Shown: in pieces, positions 1 to 10,245 of the stretch | How positions within the stretch are numbered: position 1 is the first letter of the stretch | Layout: each line of letters begins with the position of its first letter | Source of the DNA: a virus | Virus genome (UHGV): UHGV-1366123 | Reading direction: 5' to 3' (one strand) | DNA length: 64,000 nucleotides | Notes under the pieces: model-generated | Database searches by the model: none | Seen by the model: the letters and a program-made list of their open reading frames with translations, nothing else | What the model was told of the DNA's origin: nothing | Translations under genes and position numbers: made by a program

Positions 1-1244
1 ATCTCGTTGATGGTGCTATTGCTTATGAGATCGTGTATGAATATGAGAAGAAATCAGAGATCATATCAAAGATCGAATCCATAAAGGGGAAAATTCGATC
101 AGTGAATGAATCGATATCTCATATGAAGAACGATGTAAAAAGATCAACACTCATAGCAGAGAGAAAGAGAGAGGAAAGAGCTTTAAGAAAGTACGAAGAA
201 ATCTACAATCTTTCATCTTCAATGTCTATGCAGAACGGAGAAGATGGTGAAGATGTTGTACCAGTGAAAATCATCGGTTTTGTTGAATTAGACCCTGCAA
301 AACTGGAGAAAATAGTAGATGGTGAATCTGGGAAGGTTTATTGGTTCTATGCAGAAAACGGCAGTTATCTGTCTGACAATCAAGTCATTAGAATCTCTTA
401 TTATGATGAATCAACATCGGGAAACGTTTCCTATGTTGAAAGACTTATAAGAAACTTCAACTTGAAGAGAAAACTTGAAGATTCTACTGTTGGATGGTTT
501 ATCATGAACTCGCAATACAAGCTCAAGATGGTAGTACCGATCGCCAACAAGACGAGAGATAAAGCAAAGGAAGCACTTCGAAAGGTAACAAACAACTACC
601 AAGAAGATCTGTTTGTCAATGCGATGACTGGGGAAGTTACTATTAACGGAGAACCAAGAATTAACTATTCACGTAACATAGTCTTCCCAAATCGAAACGG
701 TCAGTCTCCTCAAGTTGACGTTCTACAGAGCAGTGGGCCAGATCTTTCATCGATGAAGGTCGTGGACTATTTCAACCGAGCACTTCGAAAAGACTCTCGT
801 ATTCCACTGAACAGATATGATAGAGACCAATCGAACTCGAGAGCGATAATCTTCAAGGCAGATAGTGTCACTTATGAGGACATGTCCTATGCAAACTTCA
901 TAAACAGAATAAGAGCATCATTCTCCGAAGTCCTCAAGAAGCCGATTTACATCCAGTCTCTTCTTGATTGTAAAGACCTCGTGGCATTCCAATCATTGAA
1001 GTCGAGTATCGGTTTTACTTTCAACACGAACTTCCTCTTTGAAGAATCTCGACAGGCAGAGATCATGCGTGCAAGATATGAACTCGTCAAGAACTATGAA
1101 AACATAAAGGGAGAAGATGGAGGAATGCTGTTCTCACAGAAGTTCCTTTACGTGACGAAGTTCAAGGTCTTCACCGAGGAAGAATGGGAAGAGAATGAAA
1201 GAATCAAGGAAGCAGAGAAAAACAAAGAAAAACAAGAAGGTTAA
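1..1244 (+). CDS. hypothetical protein, 5' end probably truncated by the window edge. ORF track gives 33..1244 from GTG, but the frame stays open back to position 3.
   Basis: Long ORF with no in-frame stop upstream of 33. Acidic, coiled-coil-rich N-terminus. No recognisable motif. Confidence 0.55.
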   Translation, partial: LVDGAIAYEIVYEYEKKSEIISKIESIKGKIRSVNESISHMKNDVKRSTLIAERKREERALRKYEEIYNLSSSMSMQNGEDGEDVVPVKIIGFVELDPAKLEKIVDGESGKVYWFYAENGSYLSDNQVIRISYYDESTSGNVSYVERLIRNFNLKRKLEDSTVGWFIMNSQYKLKMVVPIANKTRDKAKEALRKVTNNYQEDLFVNAMTGEVTINGEPRINYSRNIVFPNRNGQSPQVDVLQSSGPDLSSMKVVDYFNRALRKDSRIPLNRYDRDQSNSRAIIFKADSVTYEDMSYANFINRIRASFSEVLKKPIYIQSLLDCKDLVAFQSLKSSIGFTFNTNFLFEESRQAEIMRARYELVKNYENIKGEDGGMLFSQKFLYVTKFKVFTEEEWEENERIKEAEKNKEKQEG

Positions 1245-1250
1245 AGTGAA

Positions 1251-2096
1251 ATGGACTTTATAGTAAAGAAAAACAACGATGATGTTTTCATGCGAAACAT
1301 CATCGTTGCCTTATCAAAGTTTTTATATGATGTGATAAAGATCGTCGAGGTGAAAGATGGTGAAGAAATCCTCAAAACCGTCAAGATCTTCTATGGTTCT
1401 GTCGATCAGCAGTATCTTTCCGATATGTTCCTTGATCCTCATCAATATGAATGGTTACAAGACGACTTGACAGAAGATGACTACAAAAAGATAGTAGAAG
1501 GACAATATCGCAAAATTCCCTATGGTGTTTTCACTTTTGAAAGTGCTGGACTTCAACCAAACCAGATGTCGGGAGGATATGAACGTGCAGAGTTCGTGAT
1601 GGATGTCGAGAACGAGATGGGAATTTCAACAGAGACTTTCTCGGCACGTACAAACTTTGTCCCCGAACAGTTCAACGTCAACATCGAAATTAAAGCATCT
1701 TCTGAAATAGAACGAATGAAGATCTATGACGCTTTCATTGAAAAGCTCTGGAAAGCGAACATGTTCTATTTCAGATACAAAGGTTTCCAAGGTCTTCCGT
1801 GTACGGTGACTTTCCCCGAGAACGCACAGATGGAAAAGAACCTCACTTTCAAGTCCAATACAAATGACAAACTTCCAATGATGAAGCTTGCTTTGAAGCT
1901 CGACACTGTTAGACCAATTATTGATGAGACCACGATAATGATGAAGAAAAACCAAGCAAAGGTAACTTTCATCAACACGAAAGTGGTGATTGGTGGAAAT
2001 GGTACTCGGAAATATCCAATAAACATTGTCCCCTCATCCGTGGAAATAAAGACACACGAACAAACAGAAGATTTCTGGGCGGGTGAAGAAATCTAA
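1251..2096 (+). CDS. hypothetical protein
   Basis: 281-aa ORF tightly packed after the previous gene. No motif recognised. Confidence 0.55.
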   Translation: MDFIVKKNNDDVFMRNIIVALSKFLYDVIKIVEVKDGEEILKTVKIFYGSVDQQYLSDMFLDPHQYEWLQDDLTEDDYKKIVEGQYRKIPYGVFTFESAGLQPNQMSGGYERAEFVMDVENEMGISTETFSARTNFVPEQFNVNIEIKASSEIERMKIYDAFIEKLWKANMFYFRYKGFQGLPCTVTFPENAQMEKNLTFKSNTNDKLPMMKLALKLDTVRPIIDETTIMMKKNQAKVTFINTKVVIGGNGTRKYPINIVPSSVEIKTHEQTEDFWAGEEI

Positions 2097-2102
2097 ATAA
2101 GC
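2093..2102 (+). promoter_or_regulatory. TTTAAATAAC-family motif (CTAAATAAGC), T4 late-promoter-like (TATAAATA), 17 nt upstream of the ATG
   Basis: One of at least 8 copies of (T)TAAATAA(C/G) located 20-40 nt upstream of start codons (2093, 30681, 41856, 46545, 47857, 49861, 59864, 61863). Confidence 0.4.
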
Positions 2103-2118
2103 AAACGTTTCTCTCGAT

Positions 2119-3693
2119 ATGAACAATTGGAACAAATCATACAAACACGGTAAGCTAATACTCGAGCACAAATCTAAACCAGTGAGAATTTTTGAAGATG
2201 ATGAATATTTCCTCTTCGAAAGTGGTGACACCATTGAGCAGATTGCATACAACTATGAAGATCTCGAACACGTTGTAGACATTGTCGACAAGAAATTGGA
2301 ATCCGAAGACGAGGAAAATGTGGACAAAGGAAGAGAACTCTGTGATAGAGTGATTGAGATCTGTGACAATCTTGAAACAGAATACGATTTCCAACATGTC
2401 CTTGAATTGTTCAGATCGTATAACGTGCCTTCTGTGGAAGATCTGACAATAATCGATGAGAACGGAATCCTTACAGAAGATTTCAGAAATGACGTGCTGT
2501 ATGGTGATGGTACGTCACTCAGACTTTTGAGACTTCTCAAAGAGTACTATGGTGAAGAAATTGCCACCGATGTTCTGAACACTCTCGATAGAGTGACTTT
2601 AGTAGAACCGATTTACTCTGTAGATTCTATACCACCAACTGTTGATGCGAAGGTCTATGAAGATCTCTCATTCAGAGATTACATTGGCTATGTTATAATG
2701 ACCGCCACCGATGAAAGTGACACATGGATTTGTATTATGAACTCTGACTCGGGTGATTATGCTATTGTTATTGACTATGTCGCAGGAACAGAGAACACTT
2801 TTAGAGTAACTCAAGATGTTATCGACACGATCTTTGAGTACTATGGTGTTGATGTCACACCACTTTTACAATCACCAGTTTCCGTCATGGAAGCACTTGA
2901 AGATAGAGCAAGTGGTGAAGATGATAAGCCAAAGGGTGAAGACGGTGAAGATGATGTGGAAGACATTGTTGAAGATGTCGATGCGGATCTTCAGAAGGAA
3001 ATCAGCGTTCTAAATGAACAGATTGAAAAAATCGAAAGTCTCCCCGAAGATATCCGTGAGAACGAGAGAATCATGGAAATCTACTACATTCTTCTTGGGA
3101 AACGTGAGTACATCCAGAAGAAGAGCGATGATGACAAGTCCAAGGAAATCGTCGATAACATCATAAACGAAATCGAGGACAACATAGGAGAAATCGATCA
3201 GGTATTCCTTGATGATGATCGCAACGAGATACAGGTCAATGAAGGGAGAGTGTTTGAACACGAAGGAATGACAATCAAACCTGTGATCACTGGTTTCCGA
3301 TCTCACAAGACAAAGACACTCATCGTCGAAAGTGGTGGAGAACGTAAGAGATATGACATCACGAACGGATCAAGAGATGTCCTCAAGAAGATTTTCAAGG
3401 TCAATGAAGCCGAGGATGTCGCCAACATTAGTGATGCTTTCTCCATAATAAACGTTATCAAAGATGACAGAAAGCTTGTCGATTCATTCTACAACTCACT
3501 GGTAAACATCGCTTACAAGATAGACGGTTATCGATCAACATCGGACTACAAGAAGTATATCAAGAACGTGGTCGATGATGGAGATTATGAAAACAAGTCC
3601 GACACATTGCCTTATCTTGTAAATGTCGCATCACAAGATGTGAAGAGATTCAACGCTGTGATAGAAAGAACGAAGACGAAACTCGGAATGTAA
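2119..3693 (+). CDS. hypothetical acidic protein
   Basis: 524-aa ORF with an Asp/Glu-rich central region. TTTAAATAAG-type motif (CTAAATAAGC) at 2093-2102 upstream. Followed by hairpin 3726-3773. Confidence 0.6.
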   Translation: MNNWNKSYKHGKLILEHKSKPVRIFEDDEYFLFESGDTIEQIAYNYEDLEHVVDIVDKKLESEDEENVDKGRELCDRVIEICDNLETEYDFQHVLELFRSYNVPSVEDLTIIDENGILTEDFRNDVLYGDGTSLRLLRLLKEYYGEEIATDVLNTLDRVTLVEPIYSVDSIPPTVDAKVYEDLSFRDYIGYVIMTATDESDTWICIMNSDSGDYAIVIDYVAGTENTFRVTQDVIDTIFEYYGVDVTPLLQSPVSVMEALEDRASGEDDKPKGEDGEDDVEDIVEDVDADLQKEISVLNEQIEKIESLPEDIRENERIMEIYYILLGKREYIQKKSDDDKSKEIVDNIINEIEDNIGEIDQVFLDDDRNEIQVNEGRVFEHEGMTIKPVITGFRSHKTKTLIVESGGERKRYDITNGSRDVLKKIFKVNEAEDVANISDAFSIINVIKDDRKLVDSFYNSLVNIAYKIDGYRSTSDYKKYIKNVVDDGDYENKSDTLPYLVNVASQDVKRFNAVIERTKTKLGM

Positions 3694-3725
3694 AAACCCG
3701 CTATTTTTTAACATCAATATAAAGA

Positions 3726-3773
3726 GAGAGCCTTGTGTGGACTAGTAACAAAAACTACCCATACAAGGCTCTC
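3726..3773. terminator. stem-loop (11-bp arms GAGAGCCTTGT/ACAAGGCTCTC) after the 2119..3693 gene
   Basis: Inverted repeat read directly from the sequence. Confidence 0.4.
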
Positions 3774-3856
3774 GAGTGTATTTCCATTGCGCTCTTTTCT
3801 TTCAAGATTATGAAAACACGATGGAACATCTTCGAGCGCAAGGAAAGTACCTCTCT
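3774..3856. repeat. promoter-stem-loop cassette (PeSL-like): arms GTATTTCCATTGCGCTC / GAGCGCAAGGAAAGTAC flank a TTGCGC-N16-TATGAA promoter-like core
   Basis: Imperfect 17-bp inverted arms. Consensus arm GAGAGGTAYTTTCCTTGCGCTC recurs at 3.9, 9.7, 10.2, 20.4, 28.1, 47.1 and 54.9 kb. Confidence 0.5.
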
Positions 3857-3876
3857 TTGATTTAAGCTTTCGAACA

Positions 3877-3957
3877 CACTTCCCTTGCATTCGAAACTAT
3901 TCAAGAATATGAAAATAGCGGAAAATGGGTCAGAGTTCAAGGAAAGTACCTCTCTCG
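3877..3957. repeat. second PeSL-like cassette: TTGCAT-N18-TATGAAAATAGCGGAAA core followed by a CAAGGAAAGTACCTCTCTC arm
   Basis: Shares the 25-bp core TTCAAGAATATGAAAATAGCGGAAA with the 9.76 and 10.19 kb copies. Confidence 0.5.
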
Positions 3958-4051
3958 AATTAGAAGGCGTATGTTTATAAACGGAAAGGTGGCTACCAGA
4001 GAGATCATCTCCGATAGCCACCACCTTCTCTTCTTTTTACGATTTTCTTTT

Positions 4052-4468
4052 TTATAGATACTTGATGAATGAGAAGTAGTCTCGGTTTTCTAAGTATCTC
4101 GGTTTTCCCTCATTCAGATAAGCTTCCTTTTCAAAGGATATGCTCACGTAAGCTTCGTCATGGTTCTTCTTTATAGCAAGTCTTATGAGATATTCCAAGA
4201 AATACCACACATAAAACGCACAGAATGAGAGAAGCATCGTGAGGATCGTGTACTTGACATCGATTCTACCTATGAAAGGAACATTAAGAATTGTAAACAC
4301 TGCAAACATCAGTTCTTTCCATTGTTCTACGTGTATTAGTTCGTGGTTCACGATGACACTATCGGCATCATTTTTACTTGATCTGATAAACACATGACCA
4401 AACAACATCATAGCACTATAACCCTTGGGCAGGAGAAATCGTACTAACTTACTGTTATAATGTATCAT
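4052..4468 (-). CDS. small membrane protein with an HExxH motif (HELIHVEQ), DUF3267-like putative metallopeptidase
   Basis: 138-aa ORF on the minority strand. Two or three hydrophobic helices plus HELIH. Confidence 0.45.
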   Translation of the reverse strand: MIHYNSKLVRFLLPKGYSAMMLFGHVFIRSSKNDADSVIVNHELIHVEQWKELMFAVFTILNVPFIGRIDVKYTILTMLLSFCAFYVWYFLEYLIRLAIKKNHDEAYVSISFEKEAYLNEGKPRYLENRDYFSFIKYL

Positions 4469-4542
4469 AAAAGCGTATTTTAGTAGTTTATATACTTTTT
4501 CGGGAAGGTAAATAACACAAATTAAAAAAAGACTTCGACATT

Positions 4543-7500
4543 ATGTCAAACAGTATAGACAAGTTTTTAGAGAATGTAGCGAGACATGACATCACGTCTT
4601 TGGAGATAATCAACGCCCTCCAAAAGATGATGATCGATGAATCTGATACTGTTAGAATAGAATACATCCTTGAGAACGGCAAAGAATCGTTCGACGTACC
4701 TTCTCTGTCCCACATCATCCGAAGACTTGAAAGAATCGACAAGAACATAAGGAACATAGTGGCAGATGGTGAGATGCAGGCGTACGTTGTTACACAAGAT
4801 GGCGTTCGAAGACAACTTATAAACATCAAGAGATTTACACCAAATGAGATAACGATCACGGACGACATCATTTCGAAGTCATTATACACACATGAAAACC
4901 TCAAAGGTGAAAAATCAACGTTTATTGATATTGACATTTCGAAGCAGGTCGAAGAGTATAAGTACGATTTCACCCATGTACAGATAAAGAAGCTTTTCGT
5001 CGATGGTTATGATTTCTCTGCAGGTACGAAATACGAGAATATACTCAAACATCTTCATTCTACGGCGAAGAAATATAAAGAACAAGAATCGATCGTTTGT
5101 GTCAAACCAAGATCACGAAACATCACCCGAGATTTCAAGATATCGGACATTTCCGAGGACGGTTATCTTTTAGACAATGGATCTGGACAGAATCTCTCGT
5201 ATACAGAATCGATCGATGGTGATGTGACGATTACAAGATCAGTTTCAGTTGGATCAAAGTTTACTGTCGGTAAGAACACTCTTTGGTCAGTTTCGGAAAT
5301 TGACAAGTCCACTGGTTATGTCCGATTTAACACGGTTTATGGTCTTGAACAAGTATCCATTGGTGATACGATCAAGATCGATATCGAAGACGAGTTTGGA
5401 ACAATTGTCCCAGTAGAGCTTCATTCATCAGAGCCATTCATTCTCTTCATCAAACCGATAAATCAGCGGTGGATAGCTTCTGATGAATGGGGATCTTGTA
5501 ATGTCTATGTGAAACCCGACGTTCAAGTCGAAGAGAAAATCAACAATCTCCGAGGTTCTTCGGCGAAGAAGGATGTTTATGTGAAGCCGAACGCCCCCTC
5601 CCTTGAAGCCAAAAACCTGCAAGTGAAGCTGATCAATTCACATAGAATAAACCAGTTCGAGACGAAGGTAAGAGAGAAATATGCCGAGAAGGAAAACGTA
5701 AAGAGCCAAATCGAAATCATCGACAAATCGATAGTGAAACTCAAAGACGAGATGGGTTCGACTGTCGATAAAAACCTACGTGAGAAACTTCAGAAGTCGA
5801 TAGATGAGAATTATAAGCAGAGAAAGAATCTCGTAAGCACTTTCTATTCTCTTGTCAATGATATCCTCACGTATACTCGAGATTCTGAAGAATTCAAACC
5901 AAAGTACAGAATCAGAGGGTTCTTTGCTATACCAGATCCTACAGTTTATAACGGAATATCCTACGACATTATCAAGTTTGAATGTCAATATCGATATCTC
6001 CGAACTGATAACACTGAATCAAACGTAGAGACAATCGACTATATCTTACCCAGTGGTGAGAAACTCAAAGCATACTACTCGAATTGGAATACGCTCCCAA
6101 TGAACCAGAGAGAGAAGATCTACAACATTGCAACTGGGGCGTATGAATGGAAATCTGAAAATGAACTCGATGCCGATAGCATTAATCCAAATCAAGTAGA
6201 CATTCCAATATCCAAAAATGAGTATGTAGAAATCAGAGTACGTTCTATCTCTGAAGCTGGCTATCCGACAGTTATCAACATGTCGGAATGGTCATCACCT
6301 GTCATTGTTGAATTCCCACAACATCTCGTCGACACATCATCGAAGATTTTCGAGGGGATTGGTGATGACAACATGCTCACGATGATAGAGAAGGAACTCA
6401 CATCAATTGGTGTTTATGATCACCTTTCAGATTCCCACACATCGGGCGAGAAAATGTTCCACCATTCTTCACGTAACATATCGACGGACTACTTCACTGA
6501 TGGTGAAAACAAGCAGAAATCGGTGATGCAGGTTCTCGACGAGATGAAGAGAACGATTGATTCGATAGAATCAAGATATGGGATTAAGAACTCTCCTCTA
6601 CAAATATCCATTCTTGATAGCAATGAGGAAAAGATCATGAACATTGAGAACAATGACCATGTGAAGATCTTTGCTGGTTATTACAAGAACGAAACCGAAT
6701 CGAACTCGAAGGGATCGATTATTCAGAAGACGTATTATCTAAGCATAAGAAATCCAAAGTCGATAGATGCAGAACTCTTGTCTTATGTCCCAGGTTTCAA
6801 CACACCAGTCACTGAGGACATGAGTGGATACGTTCACGATGAGAAGACTTACGGCTATCGTCGCTATGACTTCCCTTGCATCGGCTTTAAAACCGATGGA
6901 GAAGGTGAACACCGACTTCCGTTTGGATCTCCACAGATGAAGGGACAATTTGTCTATCAGAGATCACGTGACCTTGCACTTCAAGAGAGTATAGTCGAGA
7001 AGTGGAAGAAATCGACGACTGGGATGAATGCCTCAGAAAAGAAACTGAACGAAGAAAGAAAAGAACTGAACTTTGGGGATTATGCAACGACTGGGAAACC
7101 CGAGACACAGTTCATCGCAAAGATTGTCGATGGAAAACTCGTGGATGGAAACGGTTATCTCACAGATTTCTGCTTCCACAAAGATCACCCGCTTTTCAAG
7201 AACATAAGTGGTGTGGATAGCGAACACAAATCCACGATTAAAGACATCATCACCAAAAGTGTTCAGAGTGCATCTTTCAAGTCGAACTCGGTGAAATCGA
7301 TAATCGGTGAATCATCCAAGATTGGTTTCCACCACGATGACAGATACCTCGTAGGCAAAGACACCTGTGGTGCTTATGTTTATCTTTCACCCCAAAATCC
7401 AAAATCGATAAGCACCAACACGAACATCTATAACAAAGGGATAATCATCAACAATTCAGAAATCAGAATACCGATCATCTTCGAATGTAGAATGACGGAC

Positions 7501-7662
7501 TATTATGGTGATGGTTCTCAAGGTGAAGGGCGTGTAAATGGCGAAGATGGTGTGAAGAACGTGGTCTATGAGAAAGTTATCGGCTTTGACCTCATACAAA
7601 AGTTCATCGATGATATCTTCTCATTCGACATAACGATAAAGATGAAATATCAAGAAGACTAA
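4543..7662 (+). CDS. large (1039 aa) protein, probably a virion structural component; the length is comparable to T4 baseplate wedge gp7, but there is no motif support
   Basis: Single uninterrupted 3.1 kb ORF with coiled-coil segments. Bidirectional terminator 7686-7723 downstream. Confidence 0.7.
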   Translation: MSNSIDKFLENVARHDITSLEIINALQKMMIDESDTVRIEYILENGKESFDVPSLSHIIRRLERIDKNIRNIVADGEMQAYVVTQDGVRRQLINIKRFTPNEITITDDIISKSLYTHENLKGEKSTFIDIDISKQVEEYKYDFTHVQIKKLFVDGYDFSAGTKYENILKHLHSTAKKYKEQESIVCVKPRSRNITRDFKISDISEDGYLLDNGSGQNLSYTESIDGDVTITRSVSVGSKFTVGKNTLWSVSEIDKSTGYVRFNTVYGLEQVSIGDTIKIDIEDEFGTIVPVELHSSEPFILFIKPINQRWIASDEWGSCNVYVKPDVQVEEKINNLRGSSAKKDVYVKPNAPSLEAKNLQVKLINSHRINQFETKVREKYAEKENVKSQIEIIDKSIVKLKDEMGSTVDKNLREKLQKSIDENYKQRKNLVSTFYSLVNDILTYTRDSEEFKPKYRIRGFFAIPDPTVYNGISYDIIKFECQYRYLRTDNTESNVETIDYILPSGEKLKAYYSNWNTLPMNQREKIYNIATGAYEWKSENELDADSINPNQVDIPISKNEYVEIRVRSISEAGYPTVINMSEWSSPVIVEFPQHLVDTSSKIFEGIGDDNMLTMIEKELTSIGVYDHLSDSHTSGEKMFHHSSRNISTDYFTDGENKQKSVMQVLDEMKRTIDSIESRYGIKNSPLQISILDSNEEKIMNIENNDHVKIFAGYYKNETESNSKGSIIQKTYYLSIRNPKSIDAELLSYVPGFNTPVTEDMSGYVHDEKTYGYRRYDFPCIGFKTDGEGEHRLPFGSPQMKGQFVYQRSRDLALQESIVEKWKKSTTGMNASEKKLNEERKELNFGDYATTGKPETQFIAKIVDGKLVDGNGYLTDFCFHKDHPLFKNISGVDSEHKSTIKDIITKSVQSASFKSNSVKSIIGESSKIGFHHDDRYLVGKDTCGAYVYLSPQNPKSISTNTNIYNKGIIINNSEIRIPIIFECRMTDYYGDGSQGEGRVNGEDGVKNVVYEKVIGFDLIQKFIDDIFSFDITIKMKYQED

Positions 7663-7685
7663 TCTTAAGCACCTCCGTAAAAATT

Positions 7686-7723
7686 GGAGAGGGCTGTGGT
7701 CTCGAAATTGACCACAGCCCTCT
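7686..7723. terminator. perfect 15-bp stem (GAGAGGGCTGTGGTC / GACCACAGCCCTCTC) with an 8-nt loop, lying between convergent genes
   Basis: Read directly. It sits between the + gene ending at 7662 and the - gene ending at 7754. Confidence 0.6.
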
Positions 7724-7753
7724 CGCTGTCTATGAATAGTATGAATAGAATCC

Positions 7754-8458
7754 TTATTTTCTCTTTCTGAAAGATATCTTCTTGTCGAACCCATGACCGA
7801 CGATCTTCTGTTCATCGGTCATCTTCACTTCAACACCGTCTTTGATTTTCGAGGAGAGGAAGTTTTGGATCTTGATGAACATCTCCTCTGGAGGAACAAT
7901 CCCACCGAAGTTGATGCACTTCAAGAGTGGATTTTTACAAGTGAAGTAACTTTCAAATCCAAATCTGGCCACCTTCGGGACTATCTCGGACGCTGATATT
8001 TCGAACAGACATCTGAACATGTCGTCGTAGTCTATACGCTCATTTCCAAAACCGTATTTTCTACCGTGAGTGATCATATAAGACATGAACATAGAGAAAA
8101 CGGTATGGGCGTTGTCAATGTTCAGTAAGAACGAGACACTGTCAGAGAGTTTCTCCTTTTCATCGATCTCCTTTGTGCAGATGAGAGAAAGAGAACGTAT
8201 GTCCTTGTGATAGAAACTCAATCTTTGGAAAGGGTGCTCCCCTCTTAAAGAATCTCTCTCGGGATCAACATCAACTCTGAGAAGATACCATGTTGTGGCA
8301 ACTTCTACAAGAAAATAGGCAAGATTATCATGACAAGAAAAACGAACATCTTCGTGCTGTAAATTGAAAGCGTGCCTATCAAACACGATCTTCCTATCTA
8401 CACCATAAACGCCTTGGATGTAGTCGTAGTAGTCTTTGTTCGTGTCAAGGATTAACAT
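7754..8458 (-). CDS. hypothetical protein
   Basis: 234-aa ORF. Its start overlaps the stop of the guanylate kinase gene (ATG 8458 / 8452), so the two are translationally coupled. Confidence 0.5.
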   Translation of the reverse strand: MLILDTNKDYYDYIQGVYGVDRKIVFDRHAFNLQHEDVRFSCHDNLAYFLVEVATTWYLLRVDVDPERDSLRGEHPFQRLSFYHKDIRSLSLICTKEIDEKEKLSDSVSFLLNIDNAHTVFSMFMSYMITHGRKYGFGNERIDYDDMFRCLFEISASEIVPKVARFGFESYFTCKNPLLKCINFGGIVPPEEMFIKIQNFLSSKIKDGVEVKMTDEQKIVGHGFDKKISFRKRK

Positions 8459-8985
8459 ACGTCGAAACTGTGAGCGTAGAATTTTTCGATTGTTGTTGCC
8501 GTATCGATCTTCACATGATCATAACCGAGATCTTTCATCTTCTGATCAAAGTTTTCAAAGAGCTTGTCGTCATTCTCATCTCTGGAAGTGGTATCTTGAG
8601 ATGTATCACGAATCTGTCTTCTTAGGATTGTGACTGTCTTTTCACAGACAAGTTCCGCAATTGTTATCTTTGAACGAAGATTTTGGGGGATATTCTCGAG
8701 ACCAGTTGGTGAAGTGATGAAGAAGTCACAATCTCTGAATTCTTGAAAAGTAGTTCCGTAATATTCTCCTTGGAATTCCATGAACTGGATGAACACACTA
8801 TTATTCACTAATCTCACGAATTCCTCCTTGGAAACAAAGTGATAATCTTTACCGTCTATTTCACCATCTCTTGGTTTTCTTGTAGTATGACCTATTGCTG
8901 GTTTGTATCCAAGAGTTGTAAAAACATCTAAGAAGTGATTCTTACCAACTGCAGATTTACCAACGAAAGCTATCTTCTTCATCAC
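8452..8985 (-). CDS. gmk: guanylate kinase
   Basis: P-loop GKSAVGK. HTTRKPRDGEIDGKDYHFVSKEEF matches the Gmk signature HTTRxPRxGEvdGxdYhFV. FQGEYYGTT matches the E. coli Gmk FGNYYGTS region. Confidence 0.8.
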   Translation of the reverse strand: MMKKIAFVGKSAVGKNHFLDVFTTLGYKPAIGHTTRKPRDGEIDGKDYHFVSKEEFVRLVNNSVFIQFMEFQGEYYGTTFQEFRDCDFFITSPTGLENIPQNLRSKITIAELVCEKTVTILRRQIRDTSQDTTSRDENDDKLFENFDQKMKDLGYDHVKIDTATTIEKFYAHSFDVC

Positions 8986-8995
8986 CAGTTGTTTG

Positions 8996-9661
8996 TTAGA
9001 AGTTTAAGAACCAGTGAATTGATCTTGCAGAATCGATCAGACCATCCAGATTTCTTACTGATTCTTCTGATTTTTCAATGACTTTCTCGTTTGGCATCTT
9101 ATATTCCAAAGATGGGTAAGGATTTTTATAGAAGACAGAAGGATTGAAGAATGTGTAAAGAAGAATCTCTTCACGGATCATCTTGTAAACGTTCATTATT
9201 TCCTCTGGAGATTTTGAAGAGAGATCGTGAACAACAGTTATGTCTCGCATATCAAGAATCTTCATCTTGTTCCGTGTCTTTATAGAAAACTGCTTATAGA
9301 ACACTGGATCGGATTCCACAATGTAATAGTCTTCACAAAAGAGACCGTCACGAATAAACGGAATCGTTTCCTCGTGATTCTCAGTTTTAATACCTTCGTC
9401 GTTGATTATCATATCTTGATATGAAACCACCAAATCACCCCTTCGAGAGTATAAGTCAAGATCGATATTTTCAATCCTTGCTTGTCTACCTTCGATGATT
9501 ATGAAGATATCGTGGTTCAAGACCATATTTCTGAATTGTTCTAATGATTTCATTGTCTTCTTTGTATTCTTATGGAAATCCGACGAATCTACTTCATACG
9601 TCTTATAATGAGCAGAAAGTTGTTGTTTTTGTTCAGAAGATCGGTGGAAATGGGAAGACAA
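8996..9661 (-). CDS. hypothetical protein
   Basis: 221-aa ORF, the first gene of the leftward three-gene minus-strand block. Confidence 0.5.
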   Translation of the reverse strand: MSSHFHRSSEQKQQLSAHYKTYEVDSSDFHKNTKKTMKSLEQFRNMVLNHDIFIIIEGRQARIENIDLDLYSRRGDLVVSYQDMIINDEGIKTENHEETIPFIRDGLFCEDYYIVESDPVFYKQFSIKTRNKMKILDMRDITVVHDLSSKSPEEIMNVYKMIREEILLYTFFNPSVFYKNPYPSLEYKMPNEKVIEKSEESVRNLDGLIDSARSIHWFLNF

Positions 9662-9723
9662 TGACTAACAGTGAAGACAATCGACCATAATGAAAAACAA
9701 TGACTAAAAATGGTCGAATTAAA

Positions 9724-9807
9724 GGAAGGTACTTTCCTTGTCCTCGAAGTGACTCAAGAATATGAAAATAGCGGAAACTATACTCAAGCTCAAGGAAAGT
9801 ACCTTCC
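9724..9807. repeat. PeSL-like cassette with perfect 17-bp arms GGAAGGTACTTTCCTTG / CAAGGAAAGTACCTTCC around a TTGTCC-N17-TATGAAAATAGCGGAAA core
   Basis: Read directly. The sigma70-like -35 (9738-9743) and -10 (9761-9766) boxes are embedded in the core. Confidence 0.55.
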
Positions 9808-10163
9808 TGTAATCAGAAGAGGTATTCTGTAAGACTATGGGCTATCGTCGGGAGACAATGGACTATTTCGAAGGATTATGAGAGGATAATCAAAGACTAT
9901 GGAAAGACAATGGCTGATTATTGAAAGACAATGGCTGATTATTGAAAGACTATCGATCATAATCAAAGACAATGAAGGATTGTCGTCTTTGTGTCTTCCT
10001 TGTCTTCAAACTTATCAAATGGGGTGAAAGTAGCTCCAAGTATCTTCAAGTTCAAGGAAAGTACCTTCTTGTAATCAGAAGAGTACTTTTGTCCAATGAT
10101 GGGTTGATAATGAAAGACAATGATGATTATCAAAGGACTATTGAAAGACTATCGACTGTTTTC

Positions 10164-10245
10164 TTGGTACTTTCCTTGTCCTCGAAGCTATTCAAGAATA
10201 TGAAAATAGCGGAAAGTGTATCAGAATGCAAGGAAAGTACCTTCC
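10164..10245. repeat. PeSL-like cassette (TTGGTACTTTCCTTG ... CAAGGAAAGTACCTTCC) around the same TATGAAAATAGCGGAAA core
   Basis: Near-identical to the 9724-9807 copy. Confidence 0.55.

Noticed and set aside
3755-4024. 89-aa minus-strand ORF, plus ORFs 9972..10250, 10496..10735 and 10537..10839
   Set aside because: They lie entirely within repeat-dense intergenic cassettes (PeSL arms, iterons). Low-complexity translations are better explained as non-coding.
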